Shown here: in pieces, positions 26,516 through 36,884 of the stretch
How positions within the stretch are numbered: the first letter of the stretch is position 1
How the letters are laid out: the number at the start of each line of letters is the position of its first letter
Assembly (NCBI GenBank): GCA_943372295.1
Contig: CALRYC010000004.1
Location: forward strand, 71,811 to 135,810
Reading direction: 5' to 3'
From: Chitinophaga pinensis
GTDB lineage: Bacteria; Bacteroidota; Ignavibacteria; Kapaibacteriales; Kapaibacteriaceae
DNA: 64,000 nt
Program-made: the position numbers and the translations under genes
The notes under the pieces: model-generated
The model's database searches: none
What the model was told of the DNA's origin: nothing
The model's input: only the letters and a program-made list of their open reading frames with translations

Positions 26516-27495
26516 GGGCTCACCTCCGAGTTGTTCACGCCACCAGCCACAAGCGTATGACCCAGAAACGTCAGGTGCTCGGCAAGGCCCTGTCGCATCG
26601 GCGTGGCGGTGATGCCGTAGGCCCGAGCAATCTTCGAGCTGTCGAATCGGTAGTCTTGCTCGAACTGGTACGACATCTCAAGCAGGCCGCGTACGGTGCC
26701 ATTAAACAGTCCCACAGTCTTGAGCAGGAGCTTCGGCAGCACAGTGTATTGGGCATCCTTGCCCAGCAGCGCACCTATCAAAGCGACCAGTTGCGCGCCC
26801 GTCAAGGCATTCGGGTCGGTAGGCATATGCCAGATGGTGTCGAAGGCATCGGCCCGCTGACCAAGTGCCGCGACGGCACGTCCGGCGTCCGGGATATAGG
26901 TTAGGGAATGAACCTTATCGGCGCTGAGCAAAAGTTGCGCCTTGCGGCCTTTGTCCAGCCGTTCGGCGATGTTCTTGATCTGATCGAAGGGGCGGTAATT
27001 GCCGTAGAAGTCTGCACTCCTGGCGATCAGGCCGTGGATCGTGCCCTTCTCGACCGCGTCCATCAGCACACGCGCGGCGCGGGCACGGGCCAGGCCCTTC
27101 TGTGTGGTGGGGTTGTCCGGAGTTTCCTCCGTCATCACTCCCCGCACCGGCCCGTACATGTACACATTGTCGAAATAGACCAGCCGCGCCCCGACCCGCC
27201 GCGCGGCCTCGACAGCATTGGAGACTGCCTTTGGAAACCCTTCAAGCCAGGTCTTCGCGTCATAGGGCAGGCCGAGGATAAGATAGATCACCTCGGACCC
27301 TTCGACCGCCCGTGTTAGCCCATCCAGGTCGAAGACATCGGCGGTCGCGGTGGCATCCGCACCAGCGATCAGTCGGGGGTTCCGCTGGATGATGCGCACC
27401 TGGCGGCCTGTGGTTGCGAGATGGCGCACCGTCTCCTCTCCGATGGTCCCGTTGCCTCCAATGATGCTGTGGACACTCATGTGATGATCCTCCAT
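26512..27495 (-). CDS. NAD-dependent epimerase/dehydratase
   Basis: IIGGNGTIG, FDNVYMYG, RSADFYG, HSLTYIPDAGRA. Confidence 0.88.
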   Translation of the reverse strand: MEDHHMSVHSIIGGNGTIGEETVRHLATTGRQVRIIQRNPRLIAGADATATADVFDLDGLTRAVEGSEVIYLILGLPYDAKTWLEGFPKAVSNAVEAARRVGARLVYFDNVYMYGPVRGVMTEETPDNPTTQKGLARARAARVLMDAVEKGTIHGLIARSADFYGNYRPFDQIKNIAERLDKGRKAQLLLSADKVHSLTYIPDAGRAVAALGQRADAFDTIWHMPTDPNALTGAQLVALIGALLGKDAQYTVLPKLLLKTVGLFNGTVRGLLEMSYQFEQDYRFDSSKIARAYGITATPMRQGLAEHLTFLGHTLVAGGVNNSEVSP

Positions 27496-27593
27496 GTTAG
27501 CCCCCTGCCGTCAGGAGCGTATGTACGCGCTCTCCAGATAGGGGGCAGGGTGTGCTTGGTGTGGTTTGTTAGGGGGTGAAGCGTCATCCTGAT

Positions 27594-28190
27594 CTACGCT
27601 TTCGATTCGAGCTTCATGAGATAGATCGTCAATGACGTCGCACTGTCGAGCACGATACTGTGGTACAGGCTGAACCCCTTTCGCTCGTAGTACTTCACGT
27701 TTGCTTCGCTTGACGTTTCCAGATACAGCGGAATCTTATTGAGTTCCTGTTCTCTGATGGCTTTAGTGAGAATTGCCGATCCGTAGCCTTTGCCCTGCTG
27801 CTGTGGATCGGTGCCGAGGATCCAGAGGTAGTTGAACGATACATTGTCGGGATAAAACGCCGCAATACGCTTCTCCATAGCGGAGATTCGTTGAAGTCCA
27901 CTTGGTCCGTATGTGAGAAGAAACAGAATACTCTCAACAAGCAGATGAACTGACATCGTACCGGAATGACGGTTCTTCCAGATCGCTGCAGCATTTCCAT
28001 CGTCACTGATTTCAACGTTGCCTTTGACCATACCGTACTCGAAGGCATATGCCATGAGTCGCTTGAGTTTCGTGGCCCTGTTGCCGGCACTACCGAGAAT
28101 GTAGTTGGTCTGCGGATCGTTCGGGAAGGACTCACAAAGAACCTTGACGATCCTCGCCTTGTCTGCCCGCTGTGCTCTGACGATGTTCAT
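27594..28190 (-). CDS. GNAT N-acetyltransferase
   Basis: YLWILGTDPQQQGKGYGS, LYLETS..NVKYYERKGF. Confidence 0.88.
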   Translation of the reverse strand: MNIVRAQRADKARIVKVLCESFPNDPQTNYILGSAGNRATKLKRLMAYAFEYGMVKGNVEISDDGNAAAIWKNRHSGTMSVHLLVESILFLLTYGPSGLQRISAMEKRIAAFYPDNVSFNYLWILGTDPQQQGKGYGSAILTKAIREQELNKIPLYLETSSEANVKYYERKGFSLYHSIVLDSATSLTIYLMKLESKA

Positions 28191-28318
28191 GATCTTACAT
28201 CGATGATGATGGAATGTGTCGTGCCTCAAACTTCATCGTTCAGAATCAGAACATCCTTGACATGTGGTAAGAAAACTGCGAGGCGTAGTTTTGAATCACA
28301 TCAACAACGAGACCAAAC

Positions 28319-28654
28319 ATGCTTTTCCTTCTGGGCCTGGCGCTGATCCTTCTGCATGAAATGGATGCAATGCGGTGCCACGAGTGGAGAATCTTTCCGG
28401 GTCTATCTCGGCTGAGCGAACGCGTCGGTTTCTATCTGTTCATGGTGCTGCACATTCCGCTGTTTGTTCTTGTCTTCAGCTATCTCGACAACGTTGAGTT
28501 CCGGAAGGGATTCGACGTGTTTCTGATCGTCCATTTGGGTCTGCACCTGCTGTACCTTCGTCATCCGAAGAATGAGTTCAGGGACTGGCTCTCGTGGTCG
28601 ATCATATCCGGTGCTGCAATGTTCGGAGCGGCAGACTACGTATCGCTGATGTGA
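28319..28654 (+). CDS. Small membrane protein (DUF6713-like)
   Basis: HEMDAMRCHEWRIFP, HIPLF, HLGLH motifs. Confidence 0.65.
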   Translation: MLFLLGLALILLHEMDAMRCHEWRIFPGLSRLSERVGFYLFMVLHIPLFVLVFSYLDNVEFRKGFDVFLIVHLGLHLLYLRHPKNEFRDWLSWSIISGAAMFGAADYVSLM

Positions 28655-28689
28655 GCAGGACTTGATATTGGAATCTTCTACGGAATGGG

Positions 28690-29259
28690 ATGATGCAGCG
28701 ACTTATTGACGAGATCAAATCTATCGTGGATGTCTCCGACACTGAGGTGGCAGCGTTCACAGATTCGATGGAAACGGTGATCGTTCCCAAGGGTGACTAC
28801 TTTCTGAAGGAGGGTCAGGTAAGCCGCCGTATGGGTTACATTGGAAGGGGGCTGATGATGCACTATCAGATACACGACGGGAACGAGTGCCCAACAGGTT
28901 TCACCAAGGAGTATGAGTGGGTGGCATACCTGAAGAGTTTCACGACGGGCAGCCCGTCTGACACGTCGATACGAGCGCTGGAGGACACGGAGTTGCTTGT
29001 CTTGACAAGCGAAACGATGGCGAGGGTGTTCGAGCTTCAGCCGAAGTTCATGGCCGTCAGAAGCTTCTATACGGAGCAGTTCCTTGTGAGAACCGTCGAG
29101 TATCTCTCAGACCTCGCCAACATGAAGGCGCGAGATCGATATCATAAGTTCGTCGAGCAGAATCCTGATTTGCTGAATCGTATACCACAGTACCTGATCG
29201 CGGCGTACCTGGGAATGAAGCCGCAGTCATTGAGCCGACTGCGCAGCCCAAAACGCTAA
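28690..29259 (+). CDS. Crp/Fnr-family regulator
   Basis: cNMP-like domain; PQYLIAAYLGMKPQSLSRLR HTH. Confidence 0.9.
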   Translation: MMQRLIDEIKSIVDVSDTEVAAFTDSMETVIVPKGDYFLKEGQVSRRMGYIGRGLMMHYQIHDGNECPTGFTKEYEWVAYLKSFTTGSPSDTSIRALEDTELLVLTSETMARVFELQPKFMAVRSFYTEQFLVRTVEYLSDLANMKARDRYHKFVEQNPDLLNRIPQYLIAAYLGMKPQSLSRLRSPKR

Positions 29260-29367
29260 TTCCAATACACGGGCGGACCGTTCCATTTCTTACCATTTGT
29301 GAATCATTCCTGCTTTCAGCCCTACGATTTTTGCTCGAGCGTTATCAACGAACAAAAAGGGTGAAAC

Positions 29368-30030
29368 ATGATTCGTCAAACACGGACTTCATTCAGTACT
29401 ATGATCATCGTTGGGATGATTCTGCTTTCTCTGGCAATGCGTGCTCAGGATTGGACGGAAGATCGAAAGATCAATGTTGTCTTCGGACTTACCCAGCCGG
29501 TGTTCGCGAAGGGTTTCAACATCGAAGGCAACTATATTCACGATCAGTTCATATTCGGATACTCCCATGGTGTATCTCTTGATCTATCGGGCCCCACCAC
29601 GACGGAGGCATTGAGGAATCAGGGCGTAGCGGTTCACATGCCATACACGACTGGGTTCGGAATTGGATACCGGCTTGCCGAGTGGATCAATGTGCGAGTC
29701 GAGCCCAAGTGGCATCGATTTGAGTTCTATTACGACGGAGACGAGCAAACGAGCAGCAGCCAGATTGCTTCATACAATACCTTTACGCTTGGCCTTGGAT
29801 TGTACGGTCACTATCAGCCCTTTAAGGACGCAACGTCATTCTTGAAAGGCATCATGATCGCTCCGAGCGTACGATTCTGGCCGACCATATCGTCAACGCT
29901 TGAAGGTGATCGGTTCACGTATCTCAACAGGAATACAGGCACGAATGAAGAGTTGTCAACGTTGGACCCGGGATTTGGCTTCACTCCTGTCATCATCAAT
30001 GTGAGTGTCGGCTATTGCTTCGATCTCTGA
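29368..30030 (+). CDS. Secreted protein, probable small outer membrane beta-barrel
   Basis: Signal peptide, alternating strands, C-terminal VSVGYCF. Confidence 0.65.
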   Translation: MIRQTRTSFSTMIIVGMILLSLAMRAQDWTEDRKINVVFGLTQPVFAKGFNIEGNYIHDQFIFGYSHGVSLDLSGPTTTEALRNQGVAVHMPYTTGFGIGYRLAEWINVRVEPKWHRFEFYYDGDEQTSSSQIASYNTFTLGLGLYGHYQPFKDATSFLKGIMIAPSVRFWPTISSTLEGDRFTYLNRNTGTNEELSTLDPGFGFTPVIINVSVGYCFDL

Positions 30031-30043
30031 TGAGGGGGCGGAA

Positions 30044-31177
30044 TCACTTCAGCATCGCCAGCTGATCCTCTGTTAGCTTGGCTTCACCTGCATCCGCGGA
30101 CTTTGGCAGCGCTTTGATAGCAAGCAGGCGGTCACGTTCGCAGTCTTGATCGCGCCCTTCGAGCTTGGCCAGAGCAGCCTGCGCGAGAAGTCTTCGGGAC
30201 TCCTCAACGATGCCACCCTTGGCATTGTCCAAATGTCGGCGAACAGCGTCGGCATCTCCGGCTAACCATGCACAGACAGCAAGCTCAACATGGACTGGCT
30301 GTTTGAACCCCGATGAGAATTGGTCGATGTCGTTCTCCAGCTGCGACCGGTAGAGCGCAACTTCTTCCTGATGATCGAGATCCATTGCCCGGGAAAGGAG
30401 ATACAACGCGACGCTGGCATACCGCTTCGGGTCCTCCGAATAGAGCGCCGACAACTGATCGATCGCCGCAGAGTCCCAGTCGCGCGGACGAACGCCATTG
30501 AGCGTCTGCGAGAAGATCTGCATGATCACGCTTCGTTCAAGCGCAGCATTGCCACCTCGCAGCAGTTCAATGATCTGCATACCATCACTCATGAAGCCAC
30601 CCGTTCGATTTGGGATGAGAGTGACCAACGAGATCCCGAACGACAGGACAGCAGTGTACATGCTGTACACCGTCAGGCGTCCGTCTGCCAGCGATGCCAG
30701 TTCGACCCCACACACCGCAAGCAGAAGGCTCGTTATCGGCCCACCGGCGGTCATCACCAGCAACTGTCGACGAAGTGCATCTCCCTTCTTTGTCGGCGCG
30801 GTAGCAGCCAGGCCACCCATGAATTCAACGCGGGTGTTCCAGTTGAATTGAGTACCGGAGGCCGACGCATGCCACCCGAACGGTCCAACGATCAGCATCA
30901 GGAAACGCATGCCCTGCGAGGTTCCCGCCAGAACATGTCCGACTTCGTGTATTCCAAGGACAAGCATGCTTAGCGCGGGTAGCGCAAACAGGTCCCACGC
31001 CGTCAGGATCTTCTTGGCCTCATTGAGTTTCTGCAGCAGGTGCGACCCCGACAGCATGAACCAATCAATATGGCCCGCCACTGCTACGATCAAAACTCCG
31101 ACACTGACACCGGTGAGTACACCGAGGAGCATGCGGATGAGGGGAGAGCGCGCTGAAGGGTTAGTGTTAGTGTCCAT
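30044..31177 (-). CDS. M50-family membrane metallopeptidase
   Basis: HEVGH, AGGP, LIP..SDG motifs. Confidence 0.8.
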   Translation of the reverse strand: MDTNTNPSARSPLIRMLLGVLTGVSVGVLIVAVAGHIDWFMLSGSHLLQKLNEAKKILTAWDLFALPALSMLVLGIHEVGHVLAGTSQGMRFLMLIVGPFGWHASASGTQFNWNTRVEFMGGLAATAPTKKGDALRRQLLVMTAGGPITSLLLAVCGVELASLADGRLTVYSMYTAVLSFGISLVTLIPNRTGGFMSDGMQIIELLRGGNAALERSVIMQIFSQTLNGVRPRDWDSAAIDQLSALYSEDPKRYASVALYLLSRAMDLDHQEEVALYRSQLENDIDQFSSGFKQPVHVELAVCAWLAGDADAVRRHLDNAKGGIVEESRRLLAQAALAKLEGRDQDCERDRLLAIKALPKSADAGEAKLTEDQLAMLK

Positions 31178-31229
31178 CTTGGTGCAGAACCTCGTGTTAG
31201 GGGTACTGCGAAGATCAAGACGAAGAGGA

Positions 31230-31883
31230 CTAAAACACAAGTCCGAGCTGGACTCCAAAGTTGCTGTTCTGAAACGTCACATCACCGATGCCCTGAACTT
31301 CACCTCGGCGTGAGGCCCAATCGTATTCGACTGTCGCAACCAGTGCGTAACGATTCGACAGCTGATACTGATACCCAAGTCCGAGAGTCAATGCACTGCC
31401 AATAGCAAACTGGTGATCAAACTCCTTTACCTCGGTCCGGCGGTACTTCTGTGTGAACTGTGTCGTGAAGAAGTAGTCGCCCTGAAGGTACAGACCATCG
31501 CTGCCCGTGGCCGAAAACGGAAAGTACTTCGTCGAGATGCCCGCACCCCAGAAGTTGAAGAACATCTCCTGGTTGTTGTCACCATTTGACGGCATCGCTC
31601 CGTGGGCTTTGAACTTCAAACCGAAATGAAAATGGTCGATTGGGTCGAACTTTCGATAAGCCGCAATAGATGAGAGTATTCCGCCACTGGTGCTGAAGTT
31701 CCCGGCCTCATATCGATCGCTCAGTCCATCGCCAAACTGGGTCACTCCGTATCCCACTTTCAATTCGCCGTACGTGAAACCATTGCCGGAGCCTTCGGCA
31801 GTTGATGTGGTGCTGCTCTGGCCAAAGGCACAGACTGCAGCCATTAGAGCTGAAGAAACCAGCAGAAGAAGAAAGCGTCCCAT
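31230..31883 (-). CDS. Outer membrane beta-barrel protein
   Basis: Signal peptide, C-terminal VQLGLVF. Confidence 0.7.
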   Translation of the reverse strand: MGRFLLLLVSSALMAAVCAFGQSSTTSTAEGSGNGFTYGELKVGYGVTQFGDGLSDRYEAGNFSTSGGILSSIAAYRKFDPIDHFHFGLKFKAHGAMPSNGDNNQEMFFNFWGAGISTKYFPFSATGSDGLYLQGDYFFTTQFTQKYRRTEVKEFDHQFAIGSALTLGLGYQYQLSNRYALVATVEYDWASRRGEVQGIGDVTFQNSNFGVQLGLVF

Positions 31884-32048
31884 CGTATGCTCCATCATGA
31901 ATGTAGGTGATGGCGCAAAAGTGGATGAAACCACCGCCATACTGATTGATGTCGGTTAAGAACGACTCACGCCGGCTTTGTCTGTACTTCTTCGATATGG
32001 AGTTACTGCCACCGATATCATACGCATGGCGCATTCGTAGTTTTGAGG

Positions 32049-32651
32049 ATGAACTCATCCGAACAAATTGCCAGAGATCATGCGCTCGTTCGGGCCGTGC
32101 ACGAGGCCTTCATGCCGGTGGATGACGAGACGTTTCAAGTGATCGCCGATCATGTGACGTACGTCGAAGTGGCCAAGGGGCAGGAGTTCATTTCGCAGGG
32201 TGGCCTCAACGACCGATTAGGTGTGATGGTCGATGGACTGATGCGCGGCGTCGAGATCATCGGCGGTGATGACCATTCACAGATGTTCTTTGATGGCCCT
32301 TGCTTTGTTACCGAATACGTCGGTTTTCTCCAAAGGAAGCCGGCAAGCTTCAGCATTGTAGCTCTCGAAGATTGTCGGCTGTATGTATTGACATATGACG
32401 ATCTGCAGAAGATGTACTCAATGTCGAAGACTGGAGAACGCCTCGGGCGTATGATCGCCGAGGGCGTCATCGCAACTGTGATTCAAGAAGTGCGTTCGTT
32501 TCGCTTCGACTCAGCCACGGAACGCTATGAAAAACTTGTAGCGACGTTCCCCCGACTTATTCAGCGTGTTCCGCAGTACATGGTTGCGTCATACTTAGGC
32601 GTAACACCCGAGTCACTCTCGCGAATCCGCACCAAGCTGGCCAAGAGCTGA
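32049..32651 (+). CDS. Crp/Fnr-family regulator
   Basis: PQYMVASYLGVTPESLSRIR; TAGTTTTG directly upstream. Confidence 0.9.
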   Translation: MNSSEQIARDHALVRAVHEAFMPVDDETFQVIADHVTYVEVAKGQEFISQGGLNDRLGVMVDGLMRGVEIIGGDDHSQMFFDGPCFVTEYVGFLQRKPASFSIVALEDCRLYVLTYDDLQKMYSMSKTGERLGRMIAEGVIATVIQEVRSFRFDSATERYEKLVATFPRLIQRVPQYMVASYLGVTPESLSRIRTKLAKS

Positions 32652-32683
32652 GCTGATTGATCTATGGTAAGAAACCACGCTAA

Positions 32684-32697
32684 TTGACGTACGTCAA
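32684..32697. promoter_or_regulatory. Fnr/Crp-type palindrome TTGAC-GTAC-GTCAA
   Basis: Perfect palindrome between the regulator and the TonB receptor; related boxes at 28257, 29290, 31946, 32657. Confidence 0.7.
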
Positions 32698-32771
32698 TGA
32701 ACGAAGCACTTCTATTGTGCGAAGTTGCGCCCGCAATCAACACATCTCCATCGTCAATCTGCACTCCGGCC

Positions 32772-35174
32772 ATGCATATACATCAATCGTCATCACGCAT
32801 CGCTGCGCTGATCATCCTCATTGTTCTGACGCAGTGCACTATCACCATCGGGCTGAACGCACAGCCCGATACGCTCCGTCAGACCGTACGCGGCACCGTC
32901 GTCGATGGCGTCACCTCAGCCCCCTTACCGGGGATCACGGTACGACTGATGGGGGCCGACTCTGCCGTGCGCGGCTCATACAGTGATGGAAAGGGGCGCT
33001 TTCGGATCCAAAGGCTTCCGGTCGGACGCTACACGGTGATGGCTCAAGGAGTCGGACGCGAGCCGGTGAAGATCGATAACGTGCTGGTAACGTCCGGCAA
33101 AGAGCTGGTCTTGAACATCTCCATGAACGAGACGTTTGTTGTCGCAAACGAAGTCACGGTTACCTCCGGGCGTGAAGAAGATGTGATGATCACCAATTCG
33201 GATATGGCCGTCGTCTCGGCGCGAGCGTTCAACGTCGAAGACACCAAAAGATATGCCGGCGCGCTCGGCGATCCTTCGCGCATGGCGGCGAACTTTGCCG
33301 GCGTTGTTGGTGCGAACGACTCCCGCAACGACATCGTCGTCAGAGGGAACTCTCCGGCCGGTATGCTCTGGCAAGTGGAAGGGATGAACATTCCCAATCC
33401 AAACCACTTCGGTGCAACGGGCACCACCGGTGGTCCGGTAAGCATGCTCAACTTCAACGTCCTCGGCAAGAGCGACTTCTTTACAAGCGCTTTCCCGGCC
33501 AACTATGGTAATGCGATCTCGGGTGCCTTTGACCTGCGAATGCGCGATGGTAACAACGAGAAGTGGGAGTACACGGCGATGATGGGCTTCAACGGCCTTG
33601 AGGCCGGCATTGAAGGTCCACTTGGTGAAGGGGGCTCGGTAATGGTCAACTATCGCTACTCAACACTCGCACTCTTTAGCCTCATCGGTGTCGATGCCGG
33701 CACCGGAGGCGCTGTGCCACAGTACGAAGACATCAATGCTCGGATCGTTCTTCCACTGAGCGACAAAGCTAAGCTGACGTTCTTTGCAACCGCCGGTAGG
33801 AGCAATATTGACTTCCTTGCCAAAGACATCGATACCACGAAGAAGAACTTCTATGGTGATCCTAACTCGGATCTCATGGTAAAGTATGGGACGTTCTGGA
33901 GTGGACTGCGATATGATCAGGTCCTGAGTGATGCAACGGCAGCTTCACTAACCATCGGTGCAAGCGGCTCGCGCGAAGGTGTCATTATCGATACGCTCGA
34001 CTGGATCTCACGAAATGCATTCCGAAACACGGATGTCACCTCCAGTACCGTTACGATTTCCTCTATCGGTCAGATGCGGCATAAGTTCTCATCGGCGACA
34101 ACACTGATCGGCGGCTTCCTTGTTGATGTGCAGAATCATGATATCTCGGTCAGAACCTTCATCGGAACACCACGAGAGCAGGATCGGCGTCAGTTCGACA
34201 GCTCCGCTGTGCTCTCGCAGGCCTACGTATCGCTCCGTCATCGCTTCACGGATCGCTTCACGTCAACACTGGGCGTGCACGCCCAGCACTATACCCTGGG
34301 CGATGCCTTTGCCGTCGGCCCCCGACTCGGCCTGCAATACAATCTCACCGACGAGCTATCACTAACAGCCGGCTATGGACTGCATGCGCAGACTCAGCCG
34401 ATCACAACGTACAGTCTTCTGACCTATGAGAATGGTGCTGCTGCAGCCACCAACGGCAATCTCGGTTTTACGCAGGCACACCACGCAGTTGCCGGTATCG
34501 ACTGGATTCCTACAAGCAACGTACGCTTCAAGCTCGAAGCGTATCAGCAAGGTCTGTTTGATGTACCGGTTACGATCGCCCCCTCCTCGTATAGCGGGCT
34601 GAACGGCGGCAACAACTTCGGGCCCGACAATCAGGACAGTCTTGTAAACAAGGGTACTGGTCGCAATGTGGGTATCGAGTTTACGGGGGAACGGTTCTTT
34701 TCCGATGGCTGGTATGCTCTTGCAACTGTGTCGGTATTCGACTCGAAGTACGAGGGAAGCGACGGCGTAGAGCGCAATACGGCGTTTAACACGGGCTATG
34801 CAGCGAATATGCTCTTTGGTAAAGAATGGCAACTGGGGCAATCCTTCACGCTGATCTCCAGCATCCGTGCCAGCTTCCTCGGTGGACGCTACCTGACGCC
34901 CCTCGATCAGCAAGCCTCGCAGGCAGCCGGTCAGGCCGTGTTCTTCGAAGACCAAGCCTTCTCCGAACGCCAGACCCCGTACTTCCGCGCCGATGTCCGC
35001 GTTGGCTTCCGCTGGGAGCTCGGATCATCAACAATGGAGTTTACCTTCGACATCCAGAACGTCACGGATAACCAGAATATCTTCCTTCAACAGTACAACC
35101 CTCGCACGAACACCATCTCAACGGAGTACCAGCAGGGATTCTTTTTGGTGCCTACGTTCCGCTGGACGCTGTAG
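32772..35174 (+). CDS. TonB-dependent receptor with carboxypeptidase-like N-terminal domain
   Basis: VRGTVVD, DPSRMAANFAGV, RNDIVVRGNSP, IPNPNHF; start uncertain (ORF from 32697). Confidence 0.9.
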   Translation: MHIHQSSSRIAALIILIVLTQCTITIGLNAQPDTLRQTVRGTVVDGVTSAPLPGITVRLMGADSAVRGSYSDGKGRFRIQRLPVGRYTVMAQGVGREPVKIDNVLVTSGKELVLNISMNETFVVANEVTVTSGREEDVMITNSDMAVVSARAFNVEDTKRYAGALGDPSRMAANFAGVVGANDSRNDIVVRGNSPAGMLWQVEGMNIPNPNHFGATGTTGGPVSMLNFNVLGKSDFFTSAFPANYGNAISGAFDLRMRDGNNEKWEYTAMMGFNGLEAGIEGPLGEGGSVMVNYRYSTLALFSLIGVDAGTGGAVPQYEDINARIVLPLSDKAKLTFFATAGRSNIDFLAKDIDTTKKNFYGDPNSDLMVKYGTFWSGLRYDQVLSDATAASLTIGASGSREGVIIDTLDWISRNAFRNTDVTSSTVTISSIGQMRHKFSSATTLIGGFLVDVQNHDISVRTFIGTPREQDRRQFDSSAVLSQAYVSLRHRFTDRFTSTLGVHAQHYTLGDAFAVGPRLGLQYNLTDELSLTAGYGLHAQTQPITTYSLLTYENGAAAATNGNLGFTQAHHAVAGIDWIPTSNVRFKLEAYQQGLFDVPVTIAPSSYSGLNGGNNFGPDNQDSLVNKGTGRNVGIEFTGERFFSDGWYALATVSVFDSKYEGSDGVERNTAFNTGYAANMLFGKEWQLGQSFTLISSIRASFLGGRYLTPLDQQASQAAGQAVFFEDQAFSERQTPYFRADVRVGFRWELGSSTMEFTFDIQNVTDNQNIFLQQYNPRTNTISTEYQQGFFLVPTFRWTL

Positions 35175-35290
35175 CGCCGAAGCGGAGGGAAGCCGAAGCG
35201 GAGGGAAACCTGCGGAGGGAAGCGCGCTTCGCGCGAGGGAAGCCGAAACGGAGGGAAACCTGCGGAGGGAAACGCGCTTCGCGCGAGCGA
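35175..35290. repeat. Composite mini-hairpin repeat (50 bp x2 plus partial)
   Basis: 35191-35240 and 35241-35290 near-identical; units CCGAAGCGG and CGCGCTTCGCGCG separated by GAGGGA. Confidence 0.88.
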
Positions 35291-35297
35291 TACTTTG

Positions 35298-35339
35298 TGA
35301 AACCTGAAACCTGAAACCTGAAACCTGAAACCTGAAACC
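35298..35339. repeat. Heptamer array (TGAAACC)x6
   Basis: Perfect units ending 3 bp before ATG 35343. Confidence 0.95.
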
Positions 35340-35342
35340 TTT

Positions 35343-36212
35343 ATGCCTACCATCGCCATCATCGGAGCAACCGGAATGCTCGGACAGCCTGTTACGTGGG
35401 CCTTCGTCGAAGCCGGATGGGACGTCAGTGTGCTTGCGCGTAATGAAGCCAAGGCACGGCATATGTTCGGAGCGTCTGTCAACATTATTGTGGGCGACGT
35501 TCAAGACGCCCCTTCCCTGAGAGCTCTGCTCAAGGGGCAGCAGGCAGTGTACATGAATCTGTCGGTGGATCAGAACAGTTCGCCGGGGGACTTTCAGCCG
35601 GAGCGCGAGGGCCTGCAGAACGTGCTTGCCGTTGCGCGAGAGCTGGGCGTGCAACGCGTGGGATACCTATCGTCGCTGGTGAAGGACTACGTTGGATTTG
35701 ACTGGTGGTCGTTTGACATCAAGCGAGCAGCCGTTGAAACCATCAGGAAGTCAGGTCTGGCGTACTCTATCTTCTGTCCGTCAACCTTCATGGAGACGTT
35801 CGATACTCTGAGTGCCGGATCGTATCGGCAGGGTAATCGCATCAACCTTGCCGGCGTGTCGAAGCATAAAATGTATCTGATCGCTGGTGCTGACTACGGT
35901 CGAATGGTTGTGCGGGCCTTCGAGCTCAACAATGGCAGTTATGAGTATGTGGTGCAGGGACGCGAGGGCTACACAGCAGACGAAGCTGCGAAGCTGTTCG
36001 CAGAGCATTACAAGGGGGCGAAGCTGTCCGTTGCTACACTACCCTTCGGTATCCTGAAGTTTCTGGGTCGCCTATCCAAGCGCTTCAACTACGTGGCCCA
36101 TATCGTCGAGGCCCTGAATAACTACCCGGAAAAGTTCGCCGGCAAGCGCGCATGGCAGGAGCTGGGCGAGCCGCAGATCAGTCTCATGGACTACATCAGA
36201 CGCATTGAGTGA
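35343..36212 (+). CDS. NmrA-like NAD(P)H-binding protein
   Basis: IIGATGMLG, atypical SDR fold. Confidence 0.85.
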   Translation: MPTIAIIGATGMLGQPVTWAFVEAGWDVSVLARNEAKARHMFGASVNIIVGDVQDAPSLRALLKGQQAVYMNLSVDQNSSPGDFQPEREGLQNVLAVARELGVQRVGYLSSLVKDYVGFDWWSFDIKRAAVETIRKSGLAYSIFCPSTFMETFDTLSAGSYRQGNRINLAGVSKHKMYLIAGADYGRMVVRAFELNNGSYEYVVQGREGYTADEAAKLFAEHYKGAKLSVATLPFGILKFLGRLSKRFNYVAHIVEALNNYPEKFAGKRAWQELGEPQISLMDYIRRIE

Positions 36213-36221
36213 CAAGTGACG

Positions 36222-36884
36222 TCAGATCTGGTCGACAAACAAGCGCTGGACGATCGCGTTCGGAAGGCGAACGGTCTTGTGCGTAGAGGACACGTCGATC
36301 ATGATGTAGGATGATGCGGTCTTTAGCACTGTGCAGGTTGTACCGATCGTGATACCTTTCGACGAGAGAAAGACCAAGGCGTCGCGCTGTGAACTGTCCA
36401 CTCGACGGATCGTGACGGTGGCTGGGGCAGGAACGTCCAGCAGGCACGGCCAAGGGGTGGGCGGCAGAACGCCATCCCGACCCGGAATCGGGTCGCCATG
36501 CGGATCATACAGAGGGTTTCCCAGCAGCGATGCTATACGGTCCTCGAACTCTTCGCTGATGTAATGCTCGAGCCGATCGGCCTCCTCATGCACATCTGCC
36601 CAGTCGTATCCGAGTGCCGTTGAAAGGTAGGTCTCAAGAAGTCGATGATGACGGATCATTTCAAGTGCCGCAGTGCGCCCGCTTTCTGTCAGGGCAACGC
36701 CATGGTAGGACTGATGATCTACCAGTTGACAGTCGGCGAGCTTCTTGATCATGGATGTCACGGAAGCCGGCTGAACATTGAGCGTCTGCGCGATCCGGGT
36801 TGTTGGTACACGCGTATGATCAGCCGTAAGCATGAAGATGGTCTTCAGGTAGTCTTGCATTGAATGTGTCAGGTTCACTGCCAT
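36222..36884 (-). CDS. DtxR/MntR-family metal-dependent repressor
   Basis: QDYLKTI, SVTSMIKKL, RHHRLLETYL, VHEEADRLEH, DPHGDPIP. Confidence 0.93.
   Translation of the reverse strand: MAVNLTHSMQDYLKTIFMLTADHTRVPTTRIAQTLNVQPASVTSMIKKLADCQLVDHQSYHGVALTESGRTAALEMIRHHRLLETYLSTALGYDWADVHEEADRLEHYISEEFEDRIASLLGNPLYDPHGDPIPGRDGVLPPTPWPCLLDVPAPATVTIRRVDSSQRDALVFLSSKGITIGTTCTVLKTASSYIMIDVSSTHKTVRLPNAIVQRLFVDQI

Noticed and set aside
14460-31205. Integron attC-like cores (GTTAGAT near 14465, CCCTAAC on the minus strand near 27570 and 31200)
   Set aside because: Only half sites with no paired R''/R' arms, and no integrase in the window; 7-mers are expected by chance
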